Of a DNA stretch of 64,000 bases, positions 29,625 through 39,622 are shown in pieces. The DNA comes from Ignavibacteria bacterium (lineage in GTDB: Bacteria; Bacteroidota; Ignavibacteria; Kapaibacteriales; UBA4661). Made by a program: the position numbers and the translations under genes. The notes below the pieces were generated by a model. It was not told where the DNA came from and made no database searches. It was given only the letters and a program-made list of their open reading frames with translations. Location of the stretch: positions 5,045 to 69,044 of the forward strand of contig JACVZY010000095.1 in assembly GCA_014654705.1 (NCBI GenBank). Direction: 5' to 3'. Positions within the stretch are counted from its first letter, which is position 1; the number at the start of each line of letters is the position of its first letter.

Positions 29625-30782
29625 TCATATTACCAAAACGCTACACATCGTACAGTAGTTTTGACAGTTCTTTTTAGGTAGCACGCGGCTCAAGAACGTT
29701 CTTTGTAAAAAGTCTGCCCCAGAAGTTTCGGGGGCATGTTGCCCACGAAGCAAGCAACGACGGAGGCAGCAGCATATCCAGCCTCTGGCGAGATTTCTCG
29801 GATGATACCAGTGCATCCGCAAGGTCTCAAGGACTCCGGTGGTGGTGTGCCTGACATCAAATGAGTGCGCCAGTTTCCAACGAAGATATTCCAGAATACC
29901 GGTTGCCATCAGCGAAAGACGACATCTGAGGCATTGCCTCAGGCTTCGATACCCTTCTCGGAACGAAGGCAGCAATCTTCAAATCCGGTAAAGAGGTTGC
30001 TGTCGCTGTGCGTGGTTTTAATCTGCCGGCGAAAGGTATAGTCTTTAATCACCCGTTTGTACGGCATATCGGTATTGGTACACAGATAGAACACGAAGCG
30101 CCAGCGACGCTTGGGACGATGATAAAACCACTCGGCAACGACCAAGACGAGTTTTTTGACCCCTCTGCGGTGTAGATGTGGTGAGTCTGATAGATCATTC
30201 TCGCGCTTTCGTTTTCGCTCCACGCTGGGTTCTTGTTTGATGTCGAGTTTGTGTTTGCATTTTGGATCGCTGTAAAACACGGCATTGGCGTTCAGTCGGG
30301 TGATGTAGGTGTAGTTCTCACCAAGACGATTGATGGTTTTGGCATCATGCCGCCACGGTCGTAGAGAACAATCTATCCTTTGGGCACAATCCGCTCAAAT
30401 GCGAGTCGGTCAGCACATCGTTATCGGCGAGAAACTTGGATTGATTTTCATAGCCTTTGCGGTAATGCGGATTCTTGCGGAAGCCAGGTGCAGCTTTGTG
30501 TTTGTCTTGTGTGGTGGTATGGGTACGTCGGCAATGAAGCGTCCGTTGGTAAAGGTAGGAAGCAAAAATGAAGGGAGCGATGAGATCTTCGACCTCCCAC
30601 GAGCGGCTCAGGACCTGCTCCAACGACCAATGCCGCCTGACCCATCGGGCGCAAAGGCAGTAAGCGACAGATAGACATTGGTCAAGGTCGTATCGCCTTG
30701 TGCGAGCATCATACCGACAAGAATTCCGCAAACAAACTGGGGTATGATGCAGAGCTAATAAAGACTGGGCGCAGGGCATCAA
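29625..30782 (-). pseudogene. Fragmented DDE transposase remnant, possibly IS4/IS5-like, with multiple frameshifts
   Basis: Consecutive minus-strand ORF pieces lie in three frames (30345..30782, 30049..30285/29939..30280 and 29625..29975). They carry transposase-like stretches (...KHKAAPGFRKNPHYRKGYENQSKFLADNDVLTDSHL ... YHRPKRRWRF ... Y.FRRQIK). The family assignment is a guess. Confidence 0.35.
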
Positions 30783-30843
30783 AGAGCGAAGGAAACACTG
30801 AAAGAAGCATAGCGATTTCCTTTCTCAAGATTCGTGGTTGAAT

Positions 30844-30874
30844 CCTGAAAGGGCGCGTTTCTTTCAGGTTTTTT
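30844..30874 (+). terminator. Hairpin plus T-tract just outside the transposase remnant
   Basis: CCTGAAAG-ggcgcgttt-CTTTCAGG-TTTTTT. Confidence 0.4.
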
Positions 30875-30933
30875 CAAAAGCTGTTTTTCTTCAAAAAACT
30901 ATCAAAACTACTGTAATATCTATGGTTTAGCGT

Positions 30934-31096
30934 AACTTGCCAAAGTAAAACTAGCAATGATTCAAGAGCATCATCAACGCAGAGCCGCAGATATACAGCG
31001 CTGGCAGTGATTATCTGCTTCCGATTAAATTACTATCTTCGACTTGGCATATGACGATATGCCGCCTGTAAACCAACTTGCCAAGTAAAACTAAAG
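30934..31096. repeat. Pair of 20-21-bp direct repeats AACTTGCCAA(A)GTAAAACTA (30934-30954 and 31075-31096) with an internal 7-bp palindrome (GGCATAT-gacg-ATATGCC) between them
   Basis: Read directly from the sequence. It lies in a 580-bp non-coding stretch between the IS remnant and tRNA-Leu. Confidence 0.45.
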
Positions 31097-31300
31097 TCCC
31101 AATAAATCCTTCTCTGCGATTGACCTTTTTATTGAGCATTATCTCGCATGGCGCTCCCCAATGCTCATCCACAAGCTATCCGGTGCAATGCAAATCGTAA
31201 CCACCTAAGGTACAATAATAGTGTTTTCATTCCATTGCTGAAACGTTTGTGCTTTTCTATGCCATCCATTGTCATTCAAGAAGTCTGAGGCGGCAATATA

Positions 31301-31344
31301 GAAAAAACGGCTTCAGACCATTAAGGGTTGAAGCCGTTTTTTTT
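31301..31344. terminator. Bidirectional rho-independent terminator. It serves tRNA-Leu on the minus strand.
   Basis: The structure is A6-AACGGCTTCA-13 nt loop-TGAAGCCGTT-T8. Confidence 0.6.
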
Positions 31345-31367
31345 GTGTTGAGATTGTGCGGAGAGCG

Positions 31368-31450
31368 GGACTTGAACCCGCATGCCCGTTAAGGCGCCAC
31401 CTCCTTAGAGTGGTGCGTCTGCCATTTCGCCACCTCCGCAGCAGACATTG
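31368..31450 (-). tRNA. tRNA-Leu (class II). The anticodon loop reads CTAAGGA, an apparent AAG anticodon with A34.
   Basis: The minus-strand sequence is GCGGAGG TG GCG AAATGGCAGA CGC A CCACT CTAAGGA GGTGG CGCCTTAACGGGCAT GCGGG TTCAAGT CCCGC TCTCCGC A. It aligns arm for arm with E. coli tRNA-Leu(UAG), and position 34 falls on A. Confidence 0.7.
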
Positions 31451-31654
31451 TTAATGTCATATTATCAAGACGACAAAAATACGGCTTTGCTGATTTCTGT
31501 GCAAATTTTTTTTATATCATCAGCAGAAATATCCTACATACCCACGCACAAGTCATTTCGGTATGAGGCAAAAGTCTCAGTAGGATTTCGCCGCGAAATG
31601 TCGTATCTTTGCGCCTTCTACGCCTTTTTGTCATCATTTTGTTTTGCCCTTGTA

Positions 31655-32380
31655 ATGATACAACTTGCTGTCAACATAGACCACATCGCTACATTGCGCG
31701 AGGCGCGAGGCGGTATTGAACCCGATCCCGTAGCTGCTGCTGCCATTGCCGAACTTTCCGGCGCAGTCGGCATCGTCTGCCATCTCCGCGAAGACCGTCG
31801 GCACGTCAATGACCGCGACGTACGGCTGCTTCGTGAGACTGTTAAAACAAAACTTGATCTCGAAATGGCAGCAACACCGGAGATTATCGGCATTGCCATC
31901 GATACCCTGCCTGATTTAGTGACATTTGTGCCGGAACGCCGCGAAGAATTGACCACCGAAGGCGGATTAGATGTGGCAAAAAACCTACATCATTACACCG
32001 AAGTAGTCGCAAAAATGCACCAGAACGAAATTGCGGTCAGTTTTTTTATCGAACCTGCCAAAGAACAGATAAACGCTGCTTCCACAGCCGGTGCAGAAAT
32101 TATCGAATTACATACGGGAACCTACGCCAATGCTCGCAACACCAAAGAACAGCTTGATGAGCTCAAGCGTCTCCGTGAAGCGTCTGAATATGCGGCTTCG
32201 CTGGGGCTGAAGGTAACGGCAGGGCATGGATTAAATTATGTCAATGTCCAGCAAATATGCACCATACCCGAACTGGAAGAAATTAGTATTGGTCACGCAA
32301 TTATCGCACGAGCAGCATTTATTGGCTTGGAGGCTGCTGTGCGAGATATGGTAAGGCTTCTAGAAGTCTATTCTCGTTGA
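31655..32380 (+). CDS. pdxJ: Pyridoxine 5'-phosphate synthase
   Basis: MIQLAVNIDHIATLREARGGIEPDPV ... HLREDRRHVNDRDV is the PdxJ TIM-barrel signature. The protein is 241 aa. The listed ORF starts 69 codons upstream. Confidence 0.9.
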   Translation: MIQLAVNIDHIATLREARGGIEPDPVAAAAIAELSGAVGIVCHLREDRRHVNDRDVRLLRETVKTKLDLEMAATPEIIGIAIDTLPDLVTFVPERREELTTEGGLDVAKNLHHYTEVVAKMHQNEIAVSFFIEPAKEQINAASTAGAEIIELHTGTYANARNTKEQLDELKRLREASEYAASLGLKVTAGHGLNYVNVQQICTIPELEEISIGHAIIARAAFIGLEAAVRDMVRLLEVYSR

Positions 32381-32451
32381 ATCTCGTTAAAGCCACACGT
32401 ATATTTTTATTTTTGCCTACCGTCAATGAAGGCGCTCTTTATTTCCCCCCA

Positions 32452-33771
32452 ATGAACACTATTGCTATTGTCGGACGACCAAACGTCGGTAAATCTACCC
32501 TTTTTAACCGTATTCTTGGACGCGATGAAGCCATTCACGCGCCAGAACCCGGTGTTACCCGCGACCGCATTTACGGCAAAGCCGATTGGGCGGGGCGCTT
32601 TTTTACGGTTGTCGATACAGGCGGAATTGTGCCGGACAGCGAGGAACTTTTCGATATTGCTATACGAGAGCAAGCTGCAATGGCTATAAGCGAGGCACAG
32701 TCTATTATTTTTGTCTGCGATGGTCGCACGGGTATTACCGCCATTGACGAAGAAATAGCACGGTTGCTGCTTCGGTCGGGTAAACACGTAACGATGGCAG
32801 TGAATAAAATGGATGACCCTAAACATGATATGAACGCCTACGAATTTGCCTCGTTGGGCTTGGGCGAGCCGTTTGGTTTTTCGGCACTTTCGGGGCGTAG
32901 TATTGGCGAAATGCTTGATAGCGCAATCGAACCTTTTGCTGCTAATGAGGATGAAGTAGAGGACGAGCGCCTAAAAATAGCCATTGTAGGGAGACCAAAT
33001 GTGGGCAAATCAAGCCTGTGTAATGCGCTTTTGGGACACGAGCGCACTATTGTTACGCCGATTGCCGGCACGACCCGCGATGCCATTGACAGCGTTCTGA
33101 AGTATTACGGCGAAGAAATTGTACTGATAGATACCGCAGGACTCCGCCGCAGAAGCCGCATCCAAGAAAACGTCGAGATGTTCAGCACCTTCCGCACCCA
33201 ACGCGCCATTGAGCGCTGCGATGTGGCAGTGGTGGTGGTAGATGCCATTCAGGGCTTGGATATGCAGGACAAACGGATTATCAATGATGTGGTAGATGCG
33301 CGGAAGGGCATTATCATTGCTATCAATAAATGGGATGCTGTCGAAAAAGACCATAAGACCGCAGAAAATCTGACGAAGCAAATTCATAGTGAGATGAAAA
33401 CCGTAGATTATGCGCCAACTCTCTTTATTTCAGCACTCTCCAAGCAGCGCATTACCAAAGTTCCCGAAATGGCGAAAGATATTCAAATGCGCCGCAAACA
33501 GCGTATCCCCACCGGAAAACTCAACGACAAATTATTGGAAGATATTTCCCGTACACCACCGCCGTCCGTCAAGGGACATGATTTGCGTATTAACTACATC
33601 ACGCAAACCGGAACTGAGCCACCACTCTTCATCTTTTTCTCCAATTTCCCCGAATCTATTCCCGAAGCATACAAACGCTTCTTGGAGAATAAGCTCCGCG
33701 AACACCTTGATTTGACGGGTATTCCGATTTCATTCCTTTTCCGCAGCAAAAACAAGCGCGATGACGATTAA
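32452..33771 (+). CDS. der: Ribosome-biogenesis GTPase Der (EngA), with tandem GTPase domains and a KH-like domain
   Basis: There are two G1 motifs (IVGRPNVGKSTLFN and IVGRPNVGKSSLCN). The start is MNTIAIVG at 32452. The 4-bp overlap of the upstream ORF with pdxJ indicates an operon. Confidence 0.9.
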   Translation: MNTIAIVGRPNVGKSTLFNRILGRDEAIHAPEPGVTRDRIYGKADWAGRFFTVVDTGGIVPDSEELFDIAIREQAAMAISEAQSIIFVCDGRTGITAIDEEIARLLLRSGKHVTMAVNKMDDPKHDMNAYEFASLGLGEPFGFSALSGRSIGEMLDSAIEPFAANEDEVEDERLKIAIVGRPNVGKSSLCNALLGHERTIVTPIAGTTRDAIDSVLKYYGEEIVLIDTAGLRRRSRIQENVEMFSTFRTQRAIERCDVAVVVVDAIQGLDMQDKRIINDVVDARKGIIIAINKWDAVEKDHKTAENLTKQIHSEMKTVDYAPTLFISALSKQRITKVPEMAKDIQMRRKQRIPTGKLNDKLLEDISRTPPPSVKGHDLRINYITQTGTEPPLFIFFSNFPESIPEAYKRFLENKLREHLDLTGIPISFLFRSKNKRDDD

Positions 33772-33807
33772 CACTGCTTGTACCCACATATTGCGAACGA
33801 TGTTGCC

Positions 33808-35115
33808 ATGAAAAGTATTCGACAACAATATTTTGAGCGTGCCTTTGATATTCTCTGGAGTGCACTGATTCTTCTTGGGGTAACTCTTGGAGCGGTGTAC
33901 ATACCGCTTCGGTTGGTTCGCAATATTGATCAAAGTATTTTTTCTTACACTATCGCAACATCAGTTACGACGCTGTTTATCTTAGACATCGGATATAATT
34001 TTTATGTTGCTCTGCGTCGCCGCCAGAACAACCACCGACGCGACCGCCAAAGTCCCATAGAGCAGTATATTCGCCGACGTCTAGCTATTGATGTTTTAGC
34101 GGCTTTACCGCTTCCTACTTTGCTTGGCGGCTATTCCGCATTCATTTTGATTCGGTTGATAAAAATGATTCGCGTACGCGACATTTTTACTGAATGGCAA
34201 CGCACGGCGCTTCAGTATGCAAGCGTTCTACGACTTGTTTTTCTGGCGTATTGGCTCTTTATCGTAGCGCATTGGGTGGCGTGTGGCTGGATTTATTTGC
34301 ATGGAGCGCCAGTTGGTGTTCCCTTTCAAGAGTACTACATCAAAGCGCTCTATTGGTCGGTGACAACGCTTGCAACGGTTGGCTACGGCGACATCACGCC
34401 TAAAAATAATACTGAAATGATGTATGCGATTTTCGTGATGCTGCTTGGAATGGTAACCTATGGCTATGTGGTGGGCAATATAGCTAATTTGCTGGCAAAT
34501 CTGGATGCGAACCGCAAGCGCTATTATCAGCAGTCCGAAAAAATAAGCGCTTTTATGCAGTCCCGCAAGATTCCTCGCGCTCTTCAGCGTCGGATTAGCG
34601 ATTATTATGCGTACTATTGGGAACGTCAGGTTGGCGAGGACGAATCGGTCATGCTGAATTATCTTCCACCCCGACTGCGGTCTGAGGTGATGATGTTCCT
34701 TCGGCGTGATATTCTCTCATCTGTCGGCATCTTTGGTAATGCCGATGAAAATACCCTGCGTGATATTGCGAAAGAGCTACGTCCGATGCTATTTGCTCCA
34801 GGCGATATTGTGTGCCGTCTTGGAGAACCGGGTACTGCGATGTATTTTATCAATAATGGTACGCTTGAGGTTCTGGATGCAGAACAGCGCACGATTGCAC
34901 TTTTGGAAGAGGGCGATTTATTTGGTGAAATTGCACTTCTTCTTGACCAACCCCGCACAGCTACTGTGCGTGCTCGTGATTACTGTGATGTCTATGCACT
35001 CGAAAAACAAGCCTTTGATGCAGTTTTAGCGCATCATCCGCTCTTCCGCCAGCATATTCGTGCAATGGCACACGAGCGCCAAAATGCCGAGAGCCATGAT
35101 TCTTACGAACAATAA
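33808..35115 (+). CDS. Cyclic-nucleotide-gated/regulated K+ channel (6TM-type pore plus a C-terminal cNMP-binding domain)
   Basis: The selectivity filter is TLATVGYGDITP. An S4-like segment has regularly spaced Arg (RLIKMIRVR). The cNMP-binding signature is GDLFGEIALL...PRTATVRA. Confidence 0.8.
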   Translation: MKSIRQQYFERAFDILWSALILLGVTLGAVYIPLRLVRNIDQSIFSYTIATSVTTLFILDIGYNFYVALRRRQNNHRRDRQSPIEQYIRRRLAIDVLAALPLPTLLGGYSAFILIRLIKMIRVRDIFTEWQRTALQYASVLRLVFLAYWLFIVAHWVACGWIYLHGAPVGVPFQEYYIKALYWSVTTLATVGYGDITPKNNTEMMYAIFVMLLGMVTYGYVVGNIANLLANLDANRKRYYQQSEKISAFMQSRKIPRALQRRISDYYAYYWERQVGEDESVMLNYLPPRLRSEVMMFLRRDILSSVGIFGNADENTLRDIAKELRPMLFAPGDIVCRLGEPGTAMYFINNGTLEVLDAEQRTIALLEEGDLFGEIALLLDQPRTATVRARDYCDVYALEKQAFDAVLAHHPLFRQHIRAMAHERQNAESHDSYEQ

Positions 35116-35133
35116 CCGTTATTGAGCACTTTC

Positions 35134-35973
35134 ATGACGCTTCACCTAAACGCTATTCTTAGCCCGCAGCTTCTTCGTGATCGCGCTTTGCTGCGCAATA
35201 GTATCACGGTCGTCATTGATGTTTTTCGTGCCACCACAACCATCGCTGTCGCCCTAGAAAATGGTGCTTTAGAAATTGTGCCCGTTGGAACTATCAAAGA
35301 TGCCGAGGCTAAAGCAAAAGAATTGCGGGGACGCTTGGGCGAAAAATCTGTGCTGCTTTGTGGAGAGCGTGGTGGAATAAAGCCCGATGGCTTCGACCTC
35401 GGTAACTCGCCGCTTGAATACACGCGAGAAATCATTCAGGATAAAATTCTTGTTCTCACGACAACGAACGGCACACAAGCATTGCAGGCGGCAAGTGCTG
35501 CGCCGCTCGTCCTTACCGCCTCTTTTGCAAATATGCAGGCGGTAGTCATGTTCATTATGCGTTATCTAGTGCTGCATGAGGCACGCACGATGCAACTTAC
35601 GGACGCGAATAACAATACCAAAGATGAACAACGTATTGAGAGTATTTGCGCCTTCTGCGCGGGAAGCGAAGGAGATTTTAGTTACGAAGATACGTTGTGC
35701 GCGGGAGCATTACTGGAAGCCCTTGCTACCGAGTTTGCTGATGGGGGGTATGCTTACACCACGAGCGACACAGCCCACGCCGCTCGCAATCTCTACCGCA
35801 ATGAAGCGCGCCTTACCCAAACACTCGCCTCTACGCGGCACGCGGAGTATCTCACTTCGCTTGGTTTTGGTCGTGATGTTGAGTTTGCCAGCACCTTCGG
35901 TACGAGCCGAATGATCCCCTTGCGTCGTGCTGATGGGTCGCTTATTCACTGGCACAACCCTTTGAACCTGTGA
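35134..35973 (+). CDS. 2-phosphosulfolactate phosphatase (ComB) family protein
   Basis: VIDVFRATTTIAVAL ... CGERGG ... GFDLGNSP are ComB family motifs. The listed ORF starts at an upstream TTG. Confidence 0.7.
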   Translation: MTLHLNAILSPQLLRDRALLRNSITVVIDVFRATTTIAVALENGALEIVPVGTIKDAEAKAKELRGRLGEKSVLLCGERGGIKPDGFDLGNSPLEYTREIIQDKILVLTTTNGTQALQAASAAPLVLTASFANMQAVVMFIMRYLVLHEARTMQLTDANNNTKDEQRIESICAFCAGSEGDFSYEDTLCAGALLEALATEFADGGYAYTTSDTAHAARNLYRNEARLTQTLASTRHAEYLTSLGFGRDVEFASTFGTSRMIPLRRADGSLIHWHNPLNL

Positions 35974-35995
35974 AGGAATCAAATGTAGAGGCAAA

Positions 35996-37396
35996 TCATA
36001 TCTCAAAGCGATGGGACTCGCCTAATCCGGGTATGGTAACGTTCATATCCGGGAAGTTCGCTTTGACCGCAGCGCTCATGGATGCTGTTGCGGCGGGATC
36101 ACCGTGCACCAAGAAAAGATGCTTTGGTTTCGTCTCGAAAATATAGTCCAAAAGTTCGCTACGTTGCGCATGGGCGCTAAAGCGGAAGCGTTCCAGTTCG
36201 CAAGCACGTGTAACAGTCTTATTTGCCATCGTAAACTCCACATCGCGCTCGGAGTGCAGAAGTGCATAGCCGGGCGTGGAAGAATCCTGATAGCCCATGA
36301 CACCGATACCGAAATTACGAATCCCCAGCCAACGCTGCGCCAGTTGATACGACGGGCTTCCTTCATTCAGCATCCCGCTTGAAATCACAACAATCGAAGG
36401 CTCGTTGAAAAATTTCGCCGACATCATTGTTTCATATTTGACGTAGGTGAGAGGAATACTAGTCAGTTGGAAACCAGGCTCCACGCGCGGAACGGAATGG
36501 GCATAGCGGTCATAAATTTTGGAAATGCGCTTGCTCATGCCACCAGTGTAAATGGGCAATTTCGGGATTCTACCTGCGTTCATCAAATTCGACACGACCT
36601 TCAAGACCTCTTGCGTTTTGCCAAGCGCAAAGGTTGGCAGCATGACCGAGCCGTTTTGGTTGACGATATGATTGATAAATTCTGCGAGTCGTACTTTTTC
36701 TTCATCGTAAGAGCGTGGATGCTCGTCGGCGCCGTTGGTACACTCAATGATTAAACAGTCGAGATGGTGTCTTGGCAGAGATGCGCCTGCCAACAATGCT
36801 TGCCGAGAAAATTGCACATCGCCCGTGTGCATAATAGCTGCGCCACCTGCCTCAAAGAGCGCTCCGGCAGAACCGATAATATGCCCCGCGTCGTGGAACG
36901 TCAGATTGATGCTGCTGGAAGATGTTGATTTGCCGGACGCGCCATTGTAAATGGCTCTATCGCTTGTTAGCTTCACAGGTTCATTGTACAGAACACTCTC
37001 GAAGACAACCGAAAACTTATCCAGCATCGCCGGAACGTAGTAATCAAGCGCTCCCGAAGGTAATCCTGCTGTATCGTCTATTTTGAGGAGTTTGATCGTA
37101 TTGCGTAGCATGATTTCGATGAGGTCGCGCGTGGGGCGCGTGGCAATCATCCGTGCGTGGGGAAGACTCTTCATAATGTACGGCAGACCGCCCAAGTGGT
37201 CGGTGTGCGCGTGCGTCAGGACAAAAGTGTCAACAGCACGCTCGTCTAATAGTTCTAAGTGCGGGAGTGCGTCACTATCGCGCCTTCGTGGATGCAAGCC
37301 CGAGTCAATAATTATGCCGTGTCCGTCAATGTTTAAATAACAAGAATTTGCGCCGATTTCGCCCGCGCCCCCCAGCATCATAAGTTCAATATTCAT
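35996..37396 (-). CDS. Beta-CASP family MBL-fold ribonuclease (RNase J/CPSF-73-like)
   Basis: The MBL HxHxDH motif reads VLTHAHTDHLGG. The beta-CASP motifs and a C-terminal His are present. The length is 466 aa. Confidence 0.7.
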   Translation of the reverse strand: MNIELMMLGGAGEIGANSCYLNIDGHGIIIDSGLHPRRRDSDALPHLELLDERAVDTFVLTHAHTDHLGGLPYIMKSLPHARMIATRPTRDLIEIMLRNTIKLLKIDDTAGLPSGALDYYVPAMLDKFSVVFESVLYNEPVKLTSDRAIYNGASGKSTSSSSINLTFHDAGHIIGSAGALFEAGGAAIMHTGDVQFSRQALLAGASLPRHHLDCLIIECTNGADEHPRSYDEEKVRLAEFINHIVNQNGSVMLPTFALGKTQEVLKVVSNLMNAGRIPKLPIYTGGMSKRISKIYDRYAHSVPRVEPGFQLTSIPLTYVKYETMMSAKFFNEPSIVVISSGMLNEGSPSYQLAQRWLGIRNFGIGVMGYQDSSTPGYALLHSERDVEFTMANKTVTRACELERFRFSAHAQRSELLDYIFETKPKHLFLVHGDPAATASMSAAVKANFPDMNVTIPGLGESHRFEI

Positions 37397-37462
37397 TCTG
37401 TCGGTCTCTTTGCTTTCGTGTATGATTATAGTATGGTTTGATTTTTGCTACACAATAAGACG

Positions 37463-39154
37463 TTATTGTGGCTGTTTAAGTATTGTTTTGTAGCGTTTCG
37501 GATTGTGTAATATTGCCGAAGCAGTGGAAACATCCGCATCCTCAGCAAGTATTTTGCCAATCACGGCGCTGCGCGGATAGAATCGTTCCAAAATTTCTTC
37601 GTACAACGCGATGCTCACAATGTCGCGTTGCTTTTCAAGTTCTTGCGTTTGGTCTTTCGCAAGCTGCGCTTTTGCGGCGTTCACGTGTGTTAGTACGGCT
37701 TGATTTTGCGACTGACCGGGTGTGGTTTTGAGCACTTTTTCCAGTTCGGTCAGCTTACGAAATGCAGGGCTTTCATAGGTGAATCTCGAGCGCTTGGCAA
37801 AGTTCACAAACTGGTCAAAAACGCGCTTGTCAACGGCAAATTTTTCTGGCAATGTTTTTTTATCCCCTGCATACTCATTGGCAAAAGAGAAAAATGTATT
37901 GTGCTTAAAAAGCTCACCAATAATGTCTGCCTGCCGTTGCGCTGCCAGAACGCTATCGGGCAAAATGCCTGTCGCATCGCGGACAATTCGCCCTGTGACG
38001 GTTTTGAAGGTCTTGGTAGTGTCCAGATTAGATTTTACGATGCCGTGTCGTCGTCCGTTGTAGTCAATTTTTTGGATGCAGCGCCCCGAGGGGGTGTAGT
38101 ATTTTGCAGTTGTCATTTTCAGCGTCGCATCGTAGGGCAGCGACGAAATCGTCTGCACAAGCCCTTTACCAAACGAGCGCTCGCCCACAATCACACCTCG
38201 GTCAAGGTCTTGAATGGCTCCGGCTACGATTTCGCTGGCGCTGGCAGTATTGTCATTGATCAACACCGCTAGAGGTAAAGAGGGTTCGAGCGGTGTACGG
38301 CGCGAGTAGTAGCGGCGTTCACTTTCGTTTGTTCGCCCGCGCGTGGAAACAATCAGCGTGCCTTGTGGCACGAATAGCTCGCTAATGCTCACCGCTGCGT
38401 CCAGAAGCCCACCCGGATTATCCCGCAAATCCACGATGATGCCGCTCAAGGACGATTTTTTCTCTTGCGCTTGCTTGTGGAGCGTCGCAATCGCATCGCG
38501 CACTTCGGCGGGAGCATTGTGCGTGAAGCGTTCCAGCCGCAGGTAGCCAATATCATTCTGCACAATACCGACGTAGGTCACGTTCTTGAGTGTTACTTCC
38601 TGCCGTTGCAGAGCGATGCTCAGGGTGTCGCGCACTCCTGCTCGAATAATGCGCATCGTAACAGCAGAGCCGGGTTTGCCACGCGTGTATTTGCGCAGTT
38701 CCGTGGTGGTCGCCTTGAGTACGACAACCGAGTCAATCGCATAAATTCTATCACCAACGCGAAGCCCTGCTTTCTCCGCCGAACAGCCCTCGGTGATACC
38801 AACAATAGTAACGGCGCTATCGAGAAGCGATGTAGTAATGCCCAAGCCGCCATACACGCCGGTTGTGATGATATCAACTTCTTCGCTGTCCTCATCGCCG
38901 ATGTAGGACGTGTAAGGGTCGAGATGCTTGACCATGCCTTCGATACCGGCTTCGATGAACTCGGCGGGGTCAATTTCATCCACATATTCATTGGATACTT
39001 GGCGGAAGAACTCGCCAAAAATAGCCAATGATTTGGAAATTTTCATGTAAGCTGCATTGTCGGATAATGCATAAAAACCCCACGAGGTGAGTCCGACACT
39101 AAGCGTCAATGCCCAGAGAGTCAGAGTCAGTATTCGTGCGCGAAAGCGGCTCAT
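37463..39154 (-). CDS. Carboxyl-terminal processing protease (S41 family) with a PDZ domain
   Basis: The protein has a TM/signal segment. The S41 catalytic region reads SASASEIVAGAIQDLDRGVIVGERSFGKG (Ser ... Lys dyad). Confidence 0.85.
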   Translation of the reverse strand: MSRFRARILTLTLWALTLSVGLTSWGFYALSDNAAYMKISKSLAIFGEFFRQVSNEYVDEIDPAEFIEAGIEGMVKHLDPYTSYIGDEDSEEVDIITTGVYGGLGITTSLLDSAVTIVGITEGCSAEKAGLRVGDRIYAIDSVVVLKATTTELRKYTRGKPGSAVTMRIIRAGVRDTLSIALQRQEVTLKNVTYVGIVQNDIGYLRLERFTHNAPAEVRDAIATLHKQAQEKKSSLSGIIVDLRDNPGGLLDAAVSISELFVPQGTLIVSTRGRTNESERRYYSRRTPLEPSLPLAVLINDNTASASEIVAGAIQDLDRGVIVGERSFGKGLVQTISSLPYDATLKMTTAKYYTPSGRCIQKIDYNGRRHGIVKSNLDTTKTFKTVTGRIVRDATGILPDSVLAAQRQADIIGELFKHNTFFSFANEYAGDKKTLPEKFAVDKRVFDQFVNFAKRSRFTYESPAFRKLTELEKVLKTTPGQSQNQAVLTHVNAAKAQLAKDQTQELEKQRDIVSIALYEEILERFYPRSAVIGKILAEDADVSTASAILHNPKRYKTILKQPQ

Positions 39155-39208
39155 AGCGATAACAACGTAAGTGTAAGAAAAAAAGATTTTTTTTGCAACA
39201 ACGCTAAA

Positions 39209-39622
39209 CTACAAAGCAGTTGATGTAGGGTTTATTAAAAATTCCTGAATTTTTTGCAGGTCTTTTGCCGTAATAAATTTGCCTATTTTATCTACCAACA
39301 CACTCAAGAGTGCTGATTTATAGGTTAAGTTTACGTTTGCCTCACCTTTGCGGAAGACTTGATAGTTGATTTGTGTATTCAGCATTTGCCATTTACTTTT
39401 CATCTCAATATAACCCAGGGCAAGAGAGGTACGCAGTTCTTCCTCTTCGTCATCGCCGACATCCTCGGCATGAGCTAGAAATGTAGCACGAACAGAGGAA
39501 GCCCATTCAGCGAGGTCAAGCCGCTCTTGTGGTGTACTTTCTTTATACGCCTCAAGGCAGCTTTTCCATGACTCTTCAATCTCGGCGCTGTGCAAAGCGT
39601 CGTGTAGTTGTTGGACGAGCAT
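39209..39622 (-). CDS. Hypothetical acidic protein of about 138 aa
   Basis: The start was chosen at MLVQQLH because it has an AGGAG Shine-Dalgarno 9 nt upstream. The ORF extends to 39751. No recognisable domain was found. Confidence 0.45.
   Translation of the reverse strand: MLVQQLHDALHSAEIEESWKSCLEAYKESTPQERLDLAEWASSVRATFLAHAEDVGDDEEEELRTSLALGYIEMKSKWQMLNTQINYQVFRKGEANVNLTYKSALLSVLVDKIGKFITAKDLQKIQEFLINPTSTAL

Noticed and set aside
30330-30674. 114-aa plus-strand ORF within the transposase-remnant region, considered as the real orientation of the element
   Set aside because: The transposase-like peptide similarity lies in the minus-strand frames. The plus ORF has no recognisable motif.
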